A stretch of DNA of 63,371 nt, the filler included, from Asterionella formosa (lineage: Eukaryota), in assembly GCA_002256025.1 (NCBI GenBank). It is 24 parts of 24 records of this genome, joined end to end, with 100 filler letters (N's around TTAATTAATTAA, not from the genome) between each part and the next. Parts side by side here need not be neighbours in the genome. Positions count along the whole stretch, not along the records: positions 50,305 to 52,838 come from NKIB01015146.1; positions 52,939 to 55,472 come from NKIB01015147.1; positions 55,573 to 58,106 come from NKIB01015148.1; positions 58,207 to 60,739 come from NKIB01015150.1; positions 60,840 to 63,371 come from NKIB01015151.1; 19 more parts are not named here. One strand, 5' to 3'. Positions 52,170 through 63,371 of this stretch are shown one piece after another. The position numbers and the translations under genes were made by a program. The stretch's first letter is position 1. The number at the start of each line of letters is the position of its first letter. The notes below the pieces were generated by a model, which saw only the letters and a list, made by a program, of their open reading frames with translations, had not been told where the DNA came from and did no database searches.

Positions 52170-52623
52170 TTTCGCAGAAGCCGTTGTTGCGTGATGATGC
52201 GATTTGATATGCAGTTCACTGGTATTCCGATTGGACCCAGACACTTGTGTGCAATGGCGAATCCGATCGATGCTATAATTGCCATGGCATGTCTACCGGT
52301 ACGGCTGTGATAGCTTCCCCGAGATCATACCGGTAAATTGGATTCAAATACGGCATGTCTAATACATAATAGAAGAGGACTATTGCGGCATACCTCTGAT
52401 GAAGTCATTCAATGGTGAACGTCAACTGTACCTGGTACCTGGTAGTATGTTGGAAGATACATACCGGGAACGTAGTCGTAAAAAATTAAACTCCCAGTTA
52501 AACCCGTAGTGGAAGCTAGCACTAGTAGTTCACTCGTACTCCAGTACTGTGCACAAAGGTAGCGACAATACCGGTACTGGTAGCAGGTACCTTGTACCAT
52601 TGCTCCTATCGACTGGTATGGTA

Positions 52624-52793
52624 TGTTGAAATATATGGCGCTACTCTAGCGCGCTCCAGTACTGCCCTGGAATGACCGGTCAAGATCTTTCTCACGCCGC
52701 TCGTCTGCAGATTCTTCTGCTATATAAATCCTGTCTATTTCCGTTTAGACATTCCTCAGACTACCTAGTCTTCGGACACCTGTCGACATCAAC
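52624..52793. mobile_element. LTR-like segment (TGTTGA...TCAACA) containing a TATA-like box
   Basis: 6-bp inverted termini and internal TATATAAA; no matching target duplication. Confidence 0.35.
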
Positions 52794-52980
52794 AGCCTAA
52801 CAGACACACTCTGACACCCTCCCCTGTTGATGCTCGACNNNNNNNNNNNNNNNNNNNNNNNNNNNNNNNNNNNNNNNNNNNNTTAATTAATTAANNNNNN
52901 NNNNNNNNNNNNNNNNNNNNNNNNNNNNNNNNNNNNNNAATCTCGAGCTTCTTTGCATCCAATTACTTGCTTGCGGAGTC

Positions 52981-54602
52981 TCAAACTTCATCACGGAATG
53001 GTGGATCGGCAGTAGCAGTTGTAGAAGGAGAGGGAATAGCAACAGGAGGAGGTGCAGTAACAACAACCACGGCAATAGGAGGTGCATGGAGAGGGAATGG
53101 CGGCTGCTGGTCACCACGAAGATTGGTGTTGTCGAATCGTGTAATCAGAGCTTGCCTTGTTTGTGGAACCGGCAAATCCCCTGATCGTTTGTACCAACGC
53201 ACCATTAATTTCAATTCTGGCACAGACATCTGTTCTTTTGTTTTGTTCTGTTCCTTCAATGTAAGTACTTTTCCGCGAAGTGTATTGAATTCTTGTTGCC
53301 TTTTTGTTTCTTTTGTACTAATGACAATGTCTGAAATTCGCTTCCGTTCCAGTGTAGCAGCAAGAATATTTGGCCCAAGGGCAAAGGTTTGTGCAGAGGC
53401 CAGTAGTCCTGCTGTTATCCTCTTCTTGTGTCCCTCAATGTGTGAATCCGCTGTCTCCTTTCTCTTTCTAGCTTGGGCCTCCTGGTCGATTCCATTTCGC
53501 ACATCCTCGCATTTGCAAAACTCGATAATTCTTCCAACAATTGTTCCAGCAAAGCCAGTTTGGAGGTTTAACTCATCTGGAGGGAGAGTGGCAGTCTCTG
53601 TGGGCGCATTGATGTTCTGTTGTGGTTGGGTTACTAGTTGAATCTCAGGGTGAAGCAAGACATTATAGTTCAGGGGATACCATCCTCGTTCATAAATTGC
53701 TTTCTTGTTTGTGGCAATATTTGCAAAGGAATTGTCCCATGCCGTATTCACCAGTCCAACAATGTCGACCTTGTTAATTGTAAGCTCTTGCCTGTGATCT
53801 GCTTTTAAGGTGAGCAATTTGCGTTTTGCTTTTGTGATGTTCATTTTGAAACAACCGTTTTGCTCACTACTGTCTCCAACCTGCCAGTAGCTTGTACCAT
53901 AAGGAACACCAATACAGACTGTCCAATTGTGTACTGGGTTGTTTATGTATTCAAGGAACAAAATGTCAAATCGAGACCCATGTCCATCAATTTGTTGCTA
54001 ATGGTGGCAGCAATGGTGGCACCTTTGGGCCGTCCACCAACAGTTGTACTACTCATGTCCTCCTTGTTTGTTTTCGTTGTGTTTGTATTTGCCTCCAAAC
54101 TTCCCCAGGTAAGCACACCATTGTTTCCAGTTTCATATGCCAAAGTGCCCATTGTAAACTGACTATCATAATGCTCACTCACACCTTCATTGTTGTCATC
54201 TTCTTCCTCCTCGACAATTTTATGTGAATTATGAATGAGATTGCTGGGAAATAACAAGGCAAAGCTGCCATCAGCATTCAAGAGTTGAGTTTTAGTAGGA
54301 CTGCAATGGTCAGGTGTCAATGTAGACACCATGGTTGCAGTTGATGGTTGAAAGAGGGACGAACCAGAAGAAGTAGTATACATAGTAGCAGTACTATACT
54401 TAACTTCTAGTCTAGCACTTCGTTTTAGTTCATTCTTCACTTGGTTAACAGATATCCAAGGGAAAATGCATTGCTTAGCTGATACTGTCCTAGAAATAGC
54501 ACCATAAGGCATTTTTCCACCATTGTTAGCCTTCTTAGCTTCTAGCTCCCTAATCACATTGTTAAGACAAATCTGAACACTGACCAACTCTTCAGGAGAC
54601 AA
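52981..54602 (-). mobile_element. Internally deleted pogo-like DDE_1 transposase
   Basis: The C-terminal part (VCIGVPYGTSYWQVGDSSEQNG..AW..SF..NKKAI.ERGW.PLN) is joined out of frame to an N-terminal part (NGGKMPYGAI..GGRPKGAT); the first catalytic motifs are missing. Confidence 0.7.
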
Positions 54603-55292
54603 TTTCTTTCAAGGCAAGGCATTGCCTTGTCGAGGCGCTTGCGAGGTTATGGTGTTGGTGTTGTGATGGGTGATGGGTGATGGGTGATTGTTGTGTGTTA
54701 GCATTTAATTTTTGTACTCATAATTCGGGCGCACCAGGAATTCCTATTTGACGTTTTCCATTACTGAAATTATCTCTTTATTAGGGCGCACGAGCGAAAG
54801 CGCAATGCCGTCGTAGTCATATTAAATAAATTTTAGAGGATACTAAATTAGTTTTCTAGCGGAGGAATATTCTCATACCTGAAAACGTATATAAAAGGTG
54901 ATGCTTGCTCAATCGAGTAAACGTGAAAATATCCAATTTCCGCAATTTCACGTCGACAGCAACCTTTGGGCGATAATACCTATTTAACAATGTACACAAT
55001 GCAACAATACAAGTACGGAAGTATTTACTCGCTATATAAATCTGAACAACTCGTTCGTGACAATAAATAGCGTATCTTGTAAACTAAGTTCAAACCGTGC
55101 GTTTACTCCGTTTAGCGGTGGCTTACAGTTCAAAAGTCGCCGTAGCGGTGGCTTACAGTTTTTAAGTGGTACCTGGTTCTAGCTACCGCTATATTCAGAA
55201 GAATAATTCTGCCTTATGGTAAGAAAAACGAAGCAAATATCATACCGGTAGTGCAAATTGGTGGAGTGGTAACAACGAGAAAGGTAACAATC

Positions 55293-55472
55293 ATGACAGA
55301 AACGACAAGCACGACGGCAACGGGGATGCCTACGAGTACTAAAACCTGTTATCGCTGCCTTCACTGCACAACCCCCTGCGCTTCACTCTATCAACAACAG
55401 ACGTCATCATTATCGAGTATTCAACTTACCAAGTGCAGCCATTGCTGCATCTTTGTCGATTCGTACTTGGAA
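55293..55472 (+). CDS. ARV1: Arv1-family protein, N-terminal zinc-binding motif (truncated)
   Basis: YRCLHC..PCASLY....IQLTKCSHC..VDSYLE matches the Arv1 homology domain pattern. Confidence 0.75.
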
Positions 55473-55572
55473 NNNNNNNNNNNNNNNNNNNNNNNNNNNN
55501 NNNNNNNNNNNNNNNNTTAATTAATTAANNNNNNNNNNNNNNNNNNNNNNNNNNNNNNNNNNNNNNNNNNNN

Positions 55573-57870
55573 ATATGTCATTCATACAACAAGGAACATC
55601 CTCGTGATGAGGTCACTATGTCATTTCATAACAACACCAGACCATTTGGCAATGATGGTTTCCCAATACTGCTTCCCCTATAACTTCATCAATATTCAAT
55701 CAACCTACCTTGTTAAACGTCTCAATTCACTGGCCCATAGTATAGAATAAGGTACTATCAATATATAATGAATACAACAAGGAAAGTCTTCCAGATGAGG
55801 TCACTATGTCATTTCATAACAAAACCACTCAATTTGGAAATTATGGTTTACCAATGTTGATTCCGCTTTTACTTCATCAATATTCAAAAAAAACACCATG
55901 TTAGACATCTCAATTCATTGCCTCATAGTATAGAATAAGATACTATCAATATGTCATTCATACAACAAGGAACATCCTCGAGATGAGGTCACTATGTCAT
56001 TTCATAACAACACCAGACCATTTGGCAATGATGGTTTCCCAATACTGATTCCCCTATAACTTCATCAATATTCAATCAACACACCATGTTAGACGTCTCA
56101 ATTCATTGCCTCAAAGTATAGAATAAGATACTATCAATATGTCATTCATACAACAAGGAACATCCTCGTGATGAGGTCACTATGTCATTTCATAACAACA
56201 CCAGACCATTTGGCAATGATGGTTTCCCAATACTGCTTCCCCTATAACTTCATCAATATTCAATCAACACACCATGTTAGACGTCTCAATTCACCGGAAG
56301 GTACTAGTCTAGAATAAGTCACTATCAATATGTAATTCATACAACAAGGAACATCCTTCAGATAAGCGAGGTCACTATGTTATTTCATAACATAACCACA
56401 CATTTTGGTAATGATGGTTTCCCAATACTGATTCCCCTATAACTTCATCAATTTTCAATCAACATACCAAGTTGAACGTCTCCATTCATCGGAACGTAGT
56501 TTAGAGTAAGTCACAATCAATATGTCATTCATACAACAATGAACATCCTCTAGGTGATGTCACTATGTTATTTCATAAGAAAACCACACCATTTGGTAAT
56601 GATGGTTTCCCAATACTGACTCCCCTATAACTTCATCAATATTCAATCAACACACCATGATGAACAGCTCAATTTATCGACACTGAGTATAGAATAAGGT
56701 ACTATCAATATATAATGAATACAACAAGGAACATCCTCCAGATCATATCACTATGTCATTTCATAACAACACCAGACCATTTGGTAATGATGGTTTCCCA
56801 ATACTGATTCCCCTATAACTTCATCAATATTCAATCAACCGACCTTGTTAAATGTCTTTATTCACTGTCCAATAGTATAAAATAAAATACTATCAATATG
56901 TCATTCATACAACAAGGAACATCCTCGTGATGAGGTCACTATGTCATTTCATAATATAACCACACCATATGGTAATGATGGTTTCCCAATACTGAATCCC
57001 CTATAACTTCATCAATATTCAATCAACCCACCTTGTTTAACGTCTCAACTCCTCACTGGTGCATAATAAAGAATACGTTACTATCAATATATAATTAATA
57101 CAACATTGAACGTCCTCCAGATGAGGTCACTATGTCATTTCATAACAAAACCACACCATTTGGCAATGATGGTTTCCCAATACTGATTCCCCTATAACTT
57201 CATCAATAGTCAATCAACAAACCATGTTGAACGGCTCAATTCATCGGAATGTAGTATAGAATAAGTCACTATTAATATGTCATTCATACAACAAGGAACA
57301 TCCTCTTGATGATGTCACTATGGTATTTCATAACAAAACCACACAATTTGGTAATGATGGTTTACCATTACTGTTTCCCCTATAACTTCATCAAAATTCA
57401 ATCAACACACCCTGTTGAACAGCTCAATTCATCGGCACTGAGTATAGAATAAGGTACTATCAATATATAATGAATACAACAAGGAACATTCTCGAGATGA
57501 GGACACTATGTCATTTCATAACAAAATCACACCATTTCGTAATGATGGTTTACCAATACTGATTCACCTATAACTCCATCAACATTCAACCAACAAATCA
57601 TGATGAACCGTACTTTTTTACTGGGACAAAGTATAGAATAAGATACTATCATTATATCATTCATACAACCAGCAAGGATCGTTTTCCAGATGATATCAAT
57701 ATGATATCATTCTTTCATAACAAAACCACACCATTTGGTTATGATGGTTTCCCTTTACTGATTCCTCTATAACTCCATCAATATTCAAGCATTGCATTAT
57801 GTTGAACGTCTCCGTTCACTGGCACAAAGTATAGAGTACGGTACTATTAATTTATCATTCATGCAAAAAG
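55573..57870. repeat. 188-bp satellite array (same family as 21262-23670), decaying toward its right edge
   Basis: About 12 monomers with the same consensus; divergence increases after about 57550. Confidence 0.95.
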
Positions 57871-58206
57871 TACCATCTTCATGATTAGGTGTGTTGGTAT
57901 ACAATTCTATATCAATGCCGCACACCCACCTAATCTTTGCTACTGACTCTTCTGTATCTCTATCAATATGCATCCAATGTATGATGTGGAATGATTCAAT
58001 TTACTGGAAGATATTGTACAATAAGTTACTATCACTATGCAAGTCACTGGAAGATAGTATACAATAAGTTACTATCAATAGCTATATCATTCATGCAATT
58101 AGCACANNNNNNNNNNNNNNNNNNNNNNNNNNNNNNNNNNNNNNNNNNNNTTAATTAATTAANNNNNNNNNNNNNNNNNNNNNNNNNNNNNNNNNNNNNN
58201 NNNNNN

Positions 58207-60739
58207 GGGAGCTCGGGAAAGTCGTGCCTACTCCAAGGCTGGAAGTGTGGCGTACAGTACCGTCTCGGCCATCAAGACGGTGTTGTCGTTGAATGCCATT
58301 CCGGAAATGATTCGTCAATATAAGGACGCCACTTTGGAAGCCTTCAATTTTGCTGTGGGTCCCTTGTGGTTGCAAGGATTTGCGTTTGGTAAGATTGTGT
58401 GGTTTTAAATGATTGGTTTCCAGAAATGAAATTGATTTTCAGTTGCTGAAACAGCATTGCGACTACTCTAACATACTAACCTTTTTATCATCTTGATGCA
58501 GGTTCTATGCTTGGAACTTTTATTATTTTGTACTGCATGTTGGCGCTGTTTGGAACCTACTTGTTATGGTCAGACGTACAAGACTCTGGTTGCGACCCTT
58601 CGGAAGCTGTGGACAATAATGCAACATGTAGCAATACGGGAACGCAAGTATTTGGAGCCATGCTAGGTGTTGCCTTTGCTTCACAGGGTATGTCTCAGGT
58701 TGGAAACTTTGTCGAGACCTTTACAGCGGCTCGTGTTGCTGCCTATCCAGCCCTACAGGCGATTCATCGAAAGCCAGGGGCTCCGGCGGAAAAAATTTAT
58801 GAGACCCAAGAGGAATCGGCAGATGCTTCCAAGTCCGCGGACCGGTCCATGAACAAGTCGACTAAAAGTACAGTAAAAGAAGAGGGTGAACGAAAGCTCA
58901 AGGCTATCTTACCAGCGTACAAAATTGATGCTTTCTCTGATGAGGGCCTAAAACCAACCAACATTAAGGGAAATATCAGCTTCAAGGATGTTGTGTTCAC
59001 GTACCCTACTCGACCAGACAATCGTGTTTTGAAGGGACTTAACTTGGAAATTGAAGCTGGGAAAACAGTAGCTCTCGTCGGACCGAGTGGTGGAGGTGAG
59101 TGAGGCTGTGTATGCATTATGACCAACTGCGGGCAATAAGCTTACTTCCTTTCGCGTACTCCTTTCCATAACTTAGGCAAGTCAACAACAGTGGCGTTAA
59201 TTGAACGATTTTATGACCCATTGAGCGGAACCATCGAGCTCGACGGCATGAACTTGAAGGATATTAATGTGCACCACCTTCGCTCCCTGATTGGGTATGT
59301 TGGTCAGGAGCCCATTTTGTTCGCTACTTCTATTGCTGCGAACATCAAGTACGGCAATCCTAGTGCCACTCAGGAGCAAATTGAGGCCGCAGCCAAGATG
59401 GCCAATGCCCATGATTTCATTTCCTCGTTCCCGGATGGGTACGCTACTCAATGTGGAGACAAGGGAAGCCAAATGAGTGGTGGTCAAAAGCAACGTATTG
59501 CTATTGCTCGTGTTCTTGTATCCAACCCCGAAATTCTCCTTTTGGACGAAGCAACCTCTGCCCTTGACTCTGAATCTGAGCTCGTTGTACAGGATGCGTT
59601 GGACAATGTGGTGGCGAAACAGAAACGTACAACTATCGTCATTGCCCATCGGCTAAGTACGATTCGCAACGCTGACACAATTGCTGTGATTTCTGGTGGC
59701 GTTGTTGCCGAACAAGGTACTCACGATGAACTCATGGCTCTTGAAACGGGCCATTACCGCATGCTTGTTGAGAAGCCAGAGCGTTCTGGCAACTCTTTGC
59801 CATCGTCGCGTTCTAGCAGAGCGGACTTGACTACGCTCGATGATGATTCCGGTATTAAAGTCTCTGTCATTGACAAAGGCAGTTTGCACTTCGAGTTCAA
59901 AGACGTGAAGTTTGCTTACCCTACCCGTCCTAGCAAGAATGTCTTCAACGGGTTCAACCTTTCGATCAACAGAGGAGAAACTGTTGCTCTTGTCGGGCCA
60001 TCTGGAGGGGGCAAGTCCACGACTGTTGCTATGATTGAGCGTTTTTACGACTGCAAAGAGGGATCAATTGAATACATGGGAAATGATATCAAGTCTTTGA
60101 ATGTTCATTGGTATCGTGATCAAATTGGTTACGTCGGCCAGGAACCAACCCTTTTCAACACTACAATTGGTCAGAATATCGCATACGGTGCTCCTGATGC
60201 AAGCAAGAGTGATATTGAAGCCGCTGCTGTTCAAGCAAACGCTCACGATTTCATTATGGGCTTTCCCGACGGCTATGAGACATCAGTTGGCGAACGAGGC
60301 ACTCAATTATCCGGTGGTCAGAAGCAACGTGTTGCTATTGCTCGGGCATTGATTAAAAAACCAAAAGTGCTTATTCTCGATGAAGCGACATCTGCCCTTG
60401 ATACAGAATCAGAAGCTGTGGTCCAAGCTGCTCTGGACAAGTTGATGGCTTCCAGCGAGCGTACCACCATCGTCATAGCTCACCGACTATCCACCATTCG
60501 CAATGTAGATCGCATCGCCTTCATTGCAGGAGGAAAGGTCCTCGAGTATGGAAGCCATGAAGTTTTAATGACAAAAGCTCACGGTCGATACAAACGTCTC
60601 GTTGACGCCCAGAGCAGAGGTGCTAACACTGAAAACCAATCTCTCAAGAAAAGAATGGATGACAAGTCGGCTGATGATGGCGATGACGCGGAAAAACCTG
60701 ATTTTGAGGCTGAACTTGAAGAGCTTGAACAAAAAGCAT
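58207..60739 (+). CDS. ABCB (MDR/P-glycoprotein-like) transporter fragment, TMD-NBD-NBD; introns at 58389-58501 and 59096-59176
   Basis: Two complete NBDs, each with GPSGGGKST, VGQEP, (M/L)SGGQKQR, LDEATSALD and IAHRLSTI. Splicing restores the first Walker A. Open at both contig ends. Confidence 0.92.
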
Positions 60740-60839
60740 NNNNNNNNNNNNNNNNNNNNNNNNNNNNNNNNNNNNNNNNNNNNTTAATTAATTAANNNNN
60801 NNNNNNNNNNNNNNNNNNNNNNNNNNNNNNNNNNNNNNN

Positions 60840-61092
60840 TGCTCAATTGCAAAGGCGGTGCAGCAACTTTCCCACCCAGAAGCCTAACAGTGCAAAGTTC
60901 TGCACCATCGTTGGCTGATGAAGACAGCCTTTATGGTCTCCAACGCCTTGCCTGAAATATCATCAACAGCAGCCAGTTTGAACCGGATCCCATCATCAGT
61001 CATCACTTCCTTCCCACAGCATTCATGTTCCTCTCATGAGTGCCCTTGCTGGAAGCATTCACTCCAAGCAACTCCTCATCGCAGCAACCATT
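60840..61092 (-). pseudogene. Decayed homologue of the HIRAN-like ORF at 48467-48859
   Basis: Manual translation with frameshifts: ELLGVNASSK/GHS*EEHECCGKEVMTDDGIRFKLAAV..ETIKAVFIS/DGAELCTVRLLG. Confidence 0.75.
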
Positions 61093-61249
61093 GATTGTTG
61101 TGGATCATGTTGCTTATATTATAAATATTATATGTACTGGCAGTGGTAGTACTGATATTACTGGTACTTTGTAATCGTAGTCTCACTCAATTTCCGCCAC
61201 AAAAACCAGTATTATATCGAACCAAGTTTTTTTTAAATTCTCTATTTAA

Positions 61250-62345
61250 GGTTGTGGCCCCGGCTTAACCCTACTTTGGAGAAAACGTCGCTAGGGTTTT
61301 AATAATGGCATGGAACAAGGAGTTTGCTTCTATGAATTCCCATGATTCGAGTGTTCATTGAGTATTTGAATTAAATAGGAATCGGCGCCAGATTGATAGA
61401 GTTCCATTTTAAACAAACCAAAACGATATTTAAACGTCTTTGTTATATCTACATTACTGTATGTAGACATATGCAAATCAGGAGTATGCCAATATGTACA
61501 CTAATTGCTCGTTTTTATACGTTTATATGTAATCTTCGTTGCTGTAGGTATTTTTTAATATTACTCTATGCCCAAAGGCATTTATTAAAAAAATACCGGG
61601 GTACTGGTGTACCAGTAGTACATAATCTTGGTTCATGATGATGGAAGACAGGAGGATGAAACCAGAACTGCTGATTTACCTACCGGTATTTGCACAGTAC
61701 ATGTAATACATGTGGTTCAAGTGTGGCTGGCGTGATTTTACAAGACCGGGATACTCCAGTCAATTTGGAACAGGTTCGTAAATTCAATTCAACCAATCAG
61801 AATATATGTAATTACACAGGAACTTAGCTACCATGGAGTCTTTTCGGACAGAGAATTATGCAGCAAAACATACCTACACAAGACTCAAATGTCCACAAGA
61901 GCATTTTCGTTCGTAAAATTCCGATTCCAATATTTAGGTGACTGTTGAAAAAGCCGATAGGGTTGACTTTTTGGAGGAGGATTGCTCTACATCTACGGGG
62001 TTTCATGAAGATTAAAATGAATAGCCGTGTACCCTACATCGTCAGGAGTTCACTTCTGGAGCGAGGTGGCAGTTATCCCTTGTAGATTTTTCAAAAGCTT
62101 CGCAGCCCCTTTTTGGATAGTTACAATTCCTAGTTGGATAACTGCTACTTCTCTCCAGAAATGTGGTCCTTACCATATCTGAGAATAGATCAGACCCCAA
62201 AGGCGAGCAATTACTGTATCTAAGCATATGCAAAGTGGTTATATTGGTGAAAACTAATTTTGCCTTTAACTATTTAATTTTGTTGTGCGTACTGTGTGGA
62301 TTGAAGTAAACAGACCTTGGAATGTGTAACTGCAGGGCCACAACC
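61250..62345. mobile_element. Non-autonomous TTAA-specific element with GG...CC ends (Kolobok-like)
   Basis: TTAA(61246-49)|GGTTGTGGCCC ... GGGCCACAACC|TTAA(62346-49); 11-bp perfect TIR; no long ORF. Confidence 0.65.
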
Positions 62346-62812
62346 TTAAACAATATCAATTAATAGTTCATTGACATTTCAAAATGACTCTTTTGTTTAT
62401 GATTACTGATCCTCAGTTGTTGACTACATATGACTAGAAATATGCTTACAATGACTAGAACTTGCTAACAACGACTAGATGACTAGAAATTTCTAATTGG
62501 TGAACCATCTCATCCGGTAGGCATGGGACTAGCTAGTCATTGGGAGTGAGTCGAAACTGAATAAATGCGCACAAAACGTGCGCCACCAGGCCTTCAAAAC
62601 AGGTGATGCATACCCAGCCGAGCGAGTACCGGTACCTGGTACGGTAACGTGTGGAGGAGGGATGGGAGACGAGTGCATGCAATCCGGTCGAGGACAACGT
62701 GATTTCAAGTAACTGAGGATTTAATTATATTATCTATTTCTGTTGTGTATCGGATATACCGGGATCTGCGCACTCACGTGGATATTAGTAGAGTATACTG
62801 AAGTAACTGGTA

Positions 62813-63000
62813 CATCTAAGACGCCGTTTACGGCACTTTTTCGAATTTATGTGTAAAGTGACGTATTTATGCTACTTTTTTAAAATATTATGTTACTTTT
62901 CTAAAATATTATGTTACTTTTTTGAAATATTATGCTACTTTTTCCCTAATTTATTCGGGTTAAACAAAAATTTATTTCACTTATCGAATAATTATGTGAT
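62813..63000 (+). mobile_element. CATCTAAG-terminus element (third variant) with ~21-bp subterminal tandem repeats
   Basis: CATCTAAGACGCCGTTTACGGCACTTTTTCGAATTT resembles the type A end; ATTATG(C/T)TACTTTT.. occurs about four times at 62876-62943. Confidence 0.6.
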
Positions 63001-63371
63001 CACACCAATAATTATGTGTGTTCGTGACAATATATGTTGACTAACTAGCCATCGCAACAGTTTAAAAGCGAAATTATGCTGCTCTGCCGCAATATTATGC
63101 TGCTTTCACCATATAATGAACGAAAGAGTCGCCAATTCCGATTCACTTATTATTTTTTCCGCTCCGACATATTTCTTTGATCTGAACTGGCAAAGAATAA
63201 CACATGCAAGAGGAAGATTCACACTGTAGAATTCAGCACACGTAGTAGTAGTAGTTGATGTTGTAGACACATAATTAAGTCATTGTTGATTGTAGAGATT
63301 ACAATAGCCTGCCAGATTGGAAATAAAGCACCGTTGGTACTTGTTGAGCATCGTTGAGCATTGCATGTCTC

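Noticed and set aside
52396..52420. CTGATGA-hairpin-GAAC as a second hammerhead
   Set aside because: It lacks GAAA and has no stem I or III pairing.
52967..53641. 224-aa plus-strand ORF and similar antisense ORFs
   Set aside because: These are shadows of real ORFs on the opposite strand.
2563..60839. ORFs ending in X-runs or 'LIN', and TTG/GTG starts in the ORF track
   Set aside because: These are spacer artefacts and prokaryotic start rules applied to eukaryotic DNA.

Overview
This window is not a contiguous locus. It is 24 unrelated contigs of about 2.53-2.57 kb, in roughly descending length order, joined by 23 artificial 100-nt spacers (N44-TTAATTAATTAA-N44), so adjacency across spacers means nothing. 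The DNA is eukaryotic (short GT-AG introns) and most likely from a diatom, inferred from an ASAF-type plastid presequence, an FEA1/ISIP2a-like protein, CoDi-type Copia elements and TTAGGG-type repeats. Host genes or fragments: a COG3899-type ATPase/TPR protein, a Kelch-BTB protein, a plastid membrane protein, a secreted EF-hand-repeat protein, an amino-acid transporter, an FEA1-like protein, an STN1-like OB-fold protein, ARV1 and an ABCB transporter. Most of the rest is transposon debris (Ty3/gypsy, Copia, LINE, Penelope-like, mariner, pogo, PIF/Harbinger, Plavaka-like, Kolobok-like, MITEs) plus a 188-bp satellite on two contigs. The best findings are: (1) an endonuclease-less Penelope-like retroelement ending in a fully paired type I hammerhead ribozyme followed by reverse-complement telomeric repeats; (2) a pogo transposase paired with a small Cys/His-rich HIRAN-like gene; (3) an ABCB transporter with two intact NBDs in tandem; (4) strong enrichment of TA-CC(W)GG-TA motifs resembling transposon excision footprints; (5) an unclassified transposon family with CATCTAAG termini. 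All family assignments come from motif recognition by eye; no searches were run.
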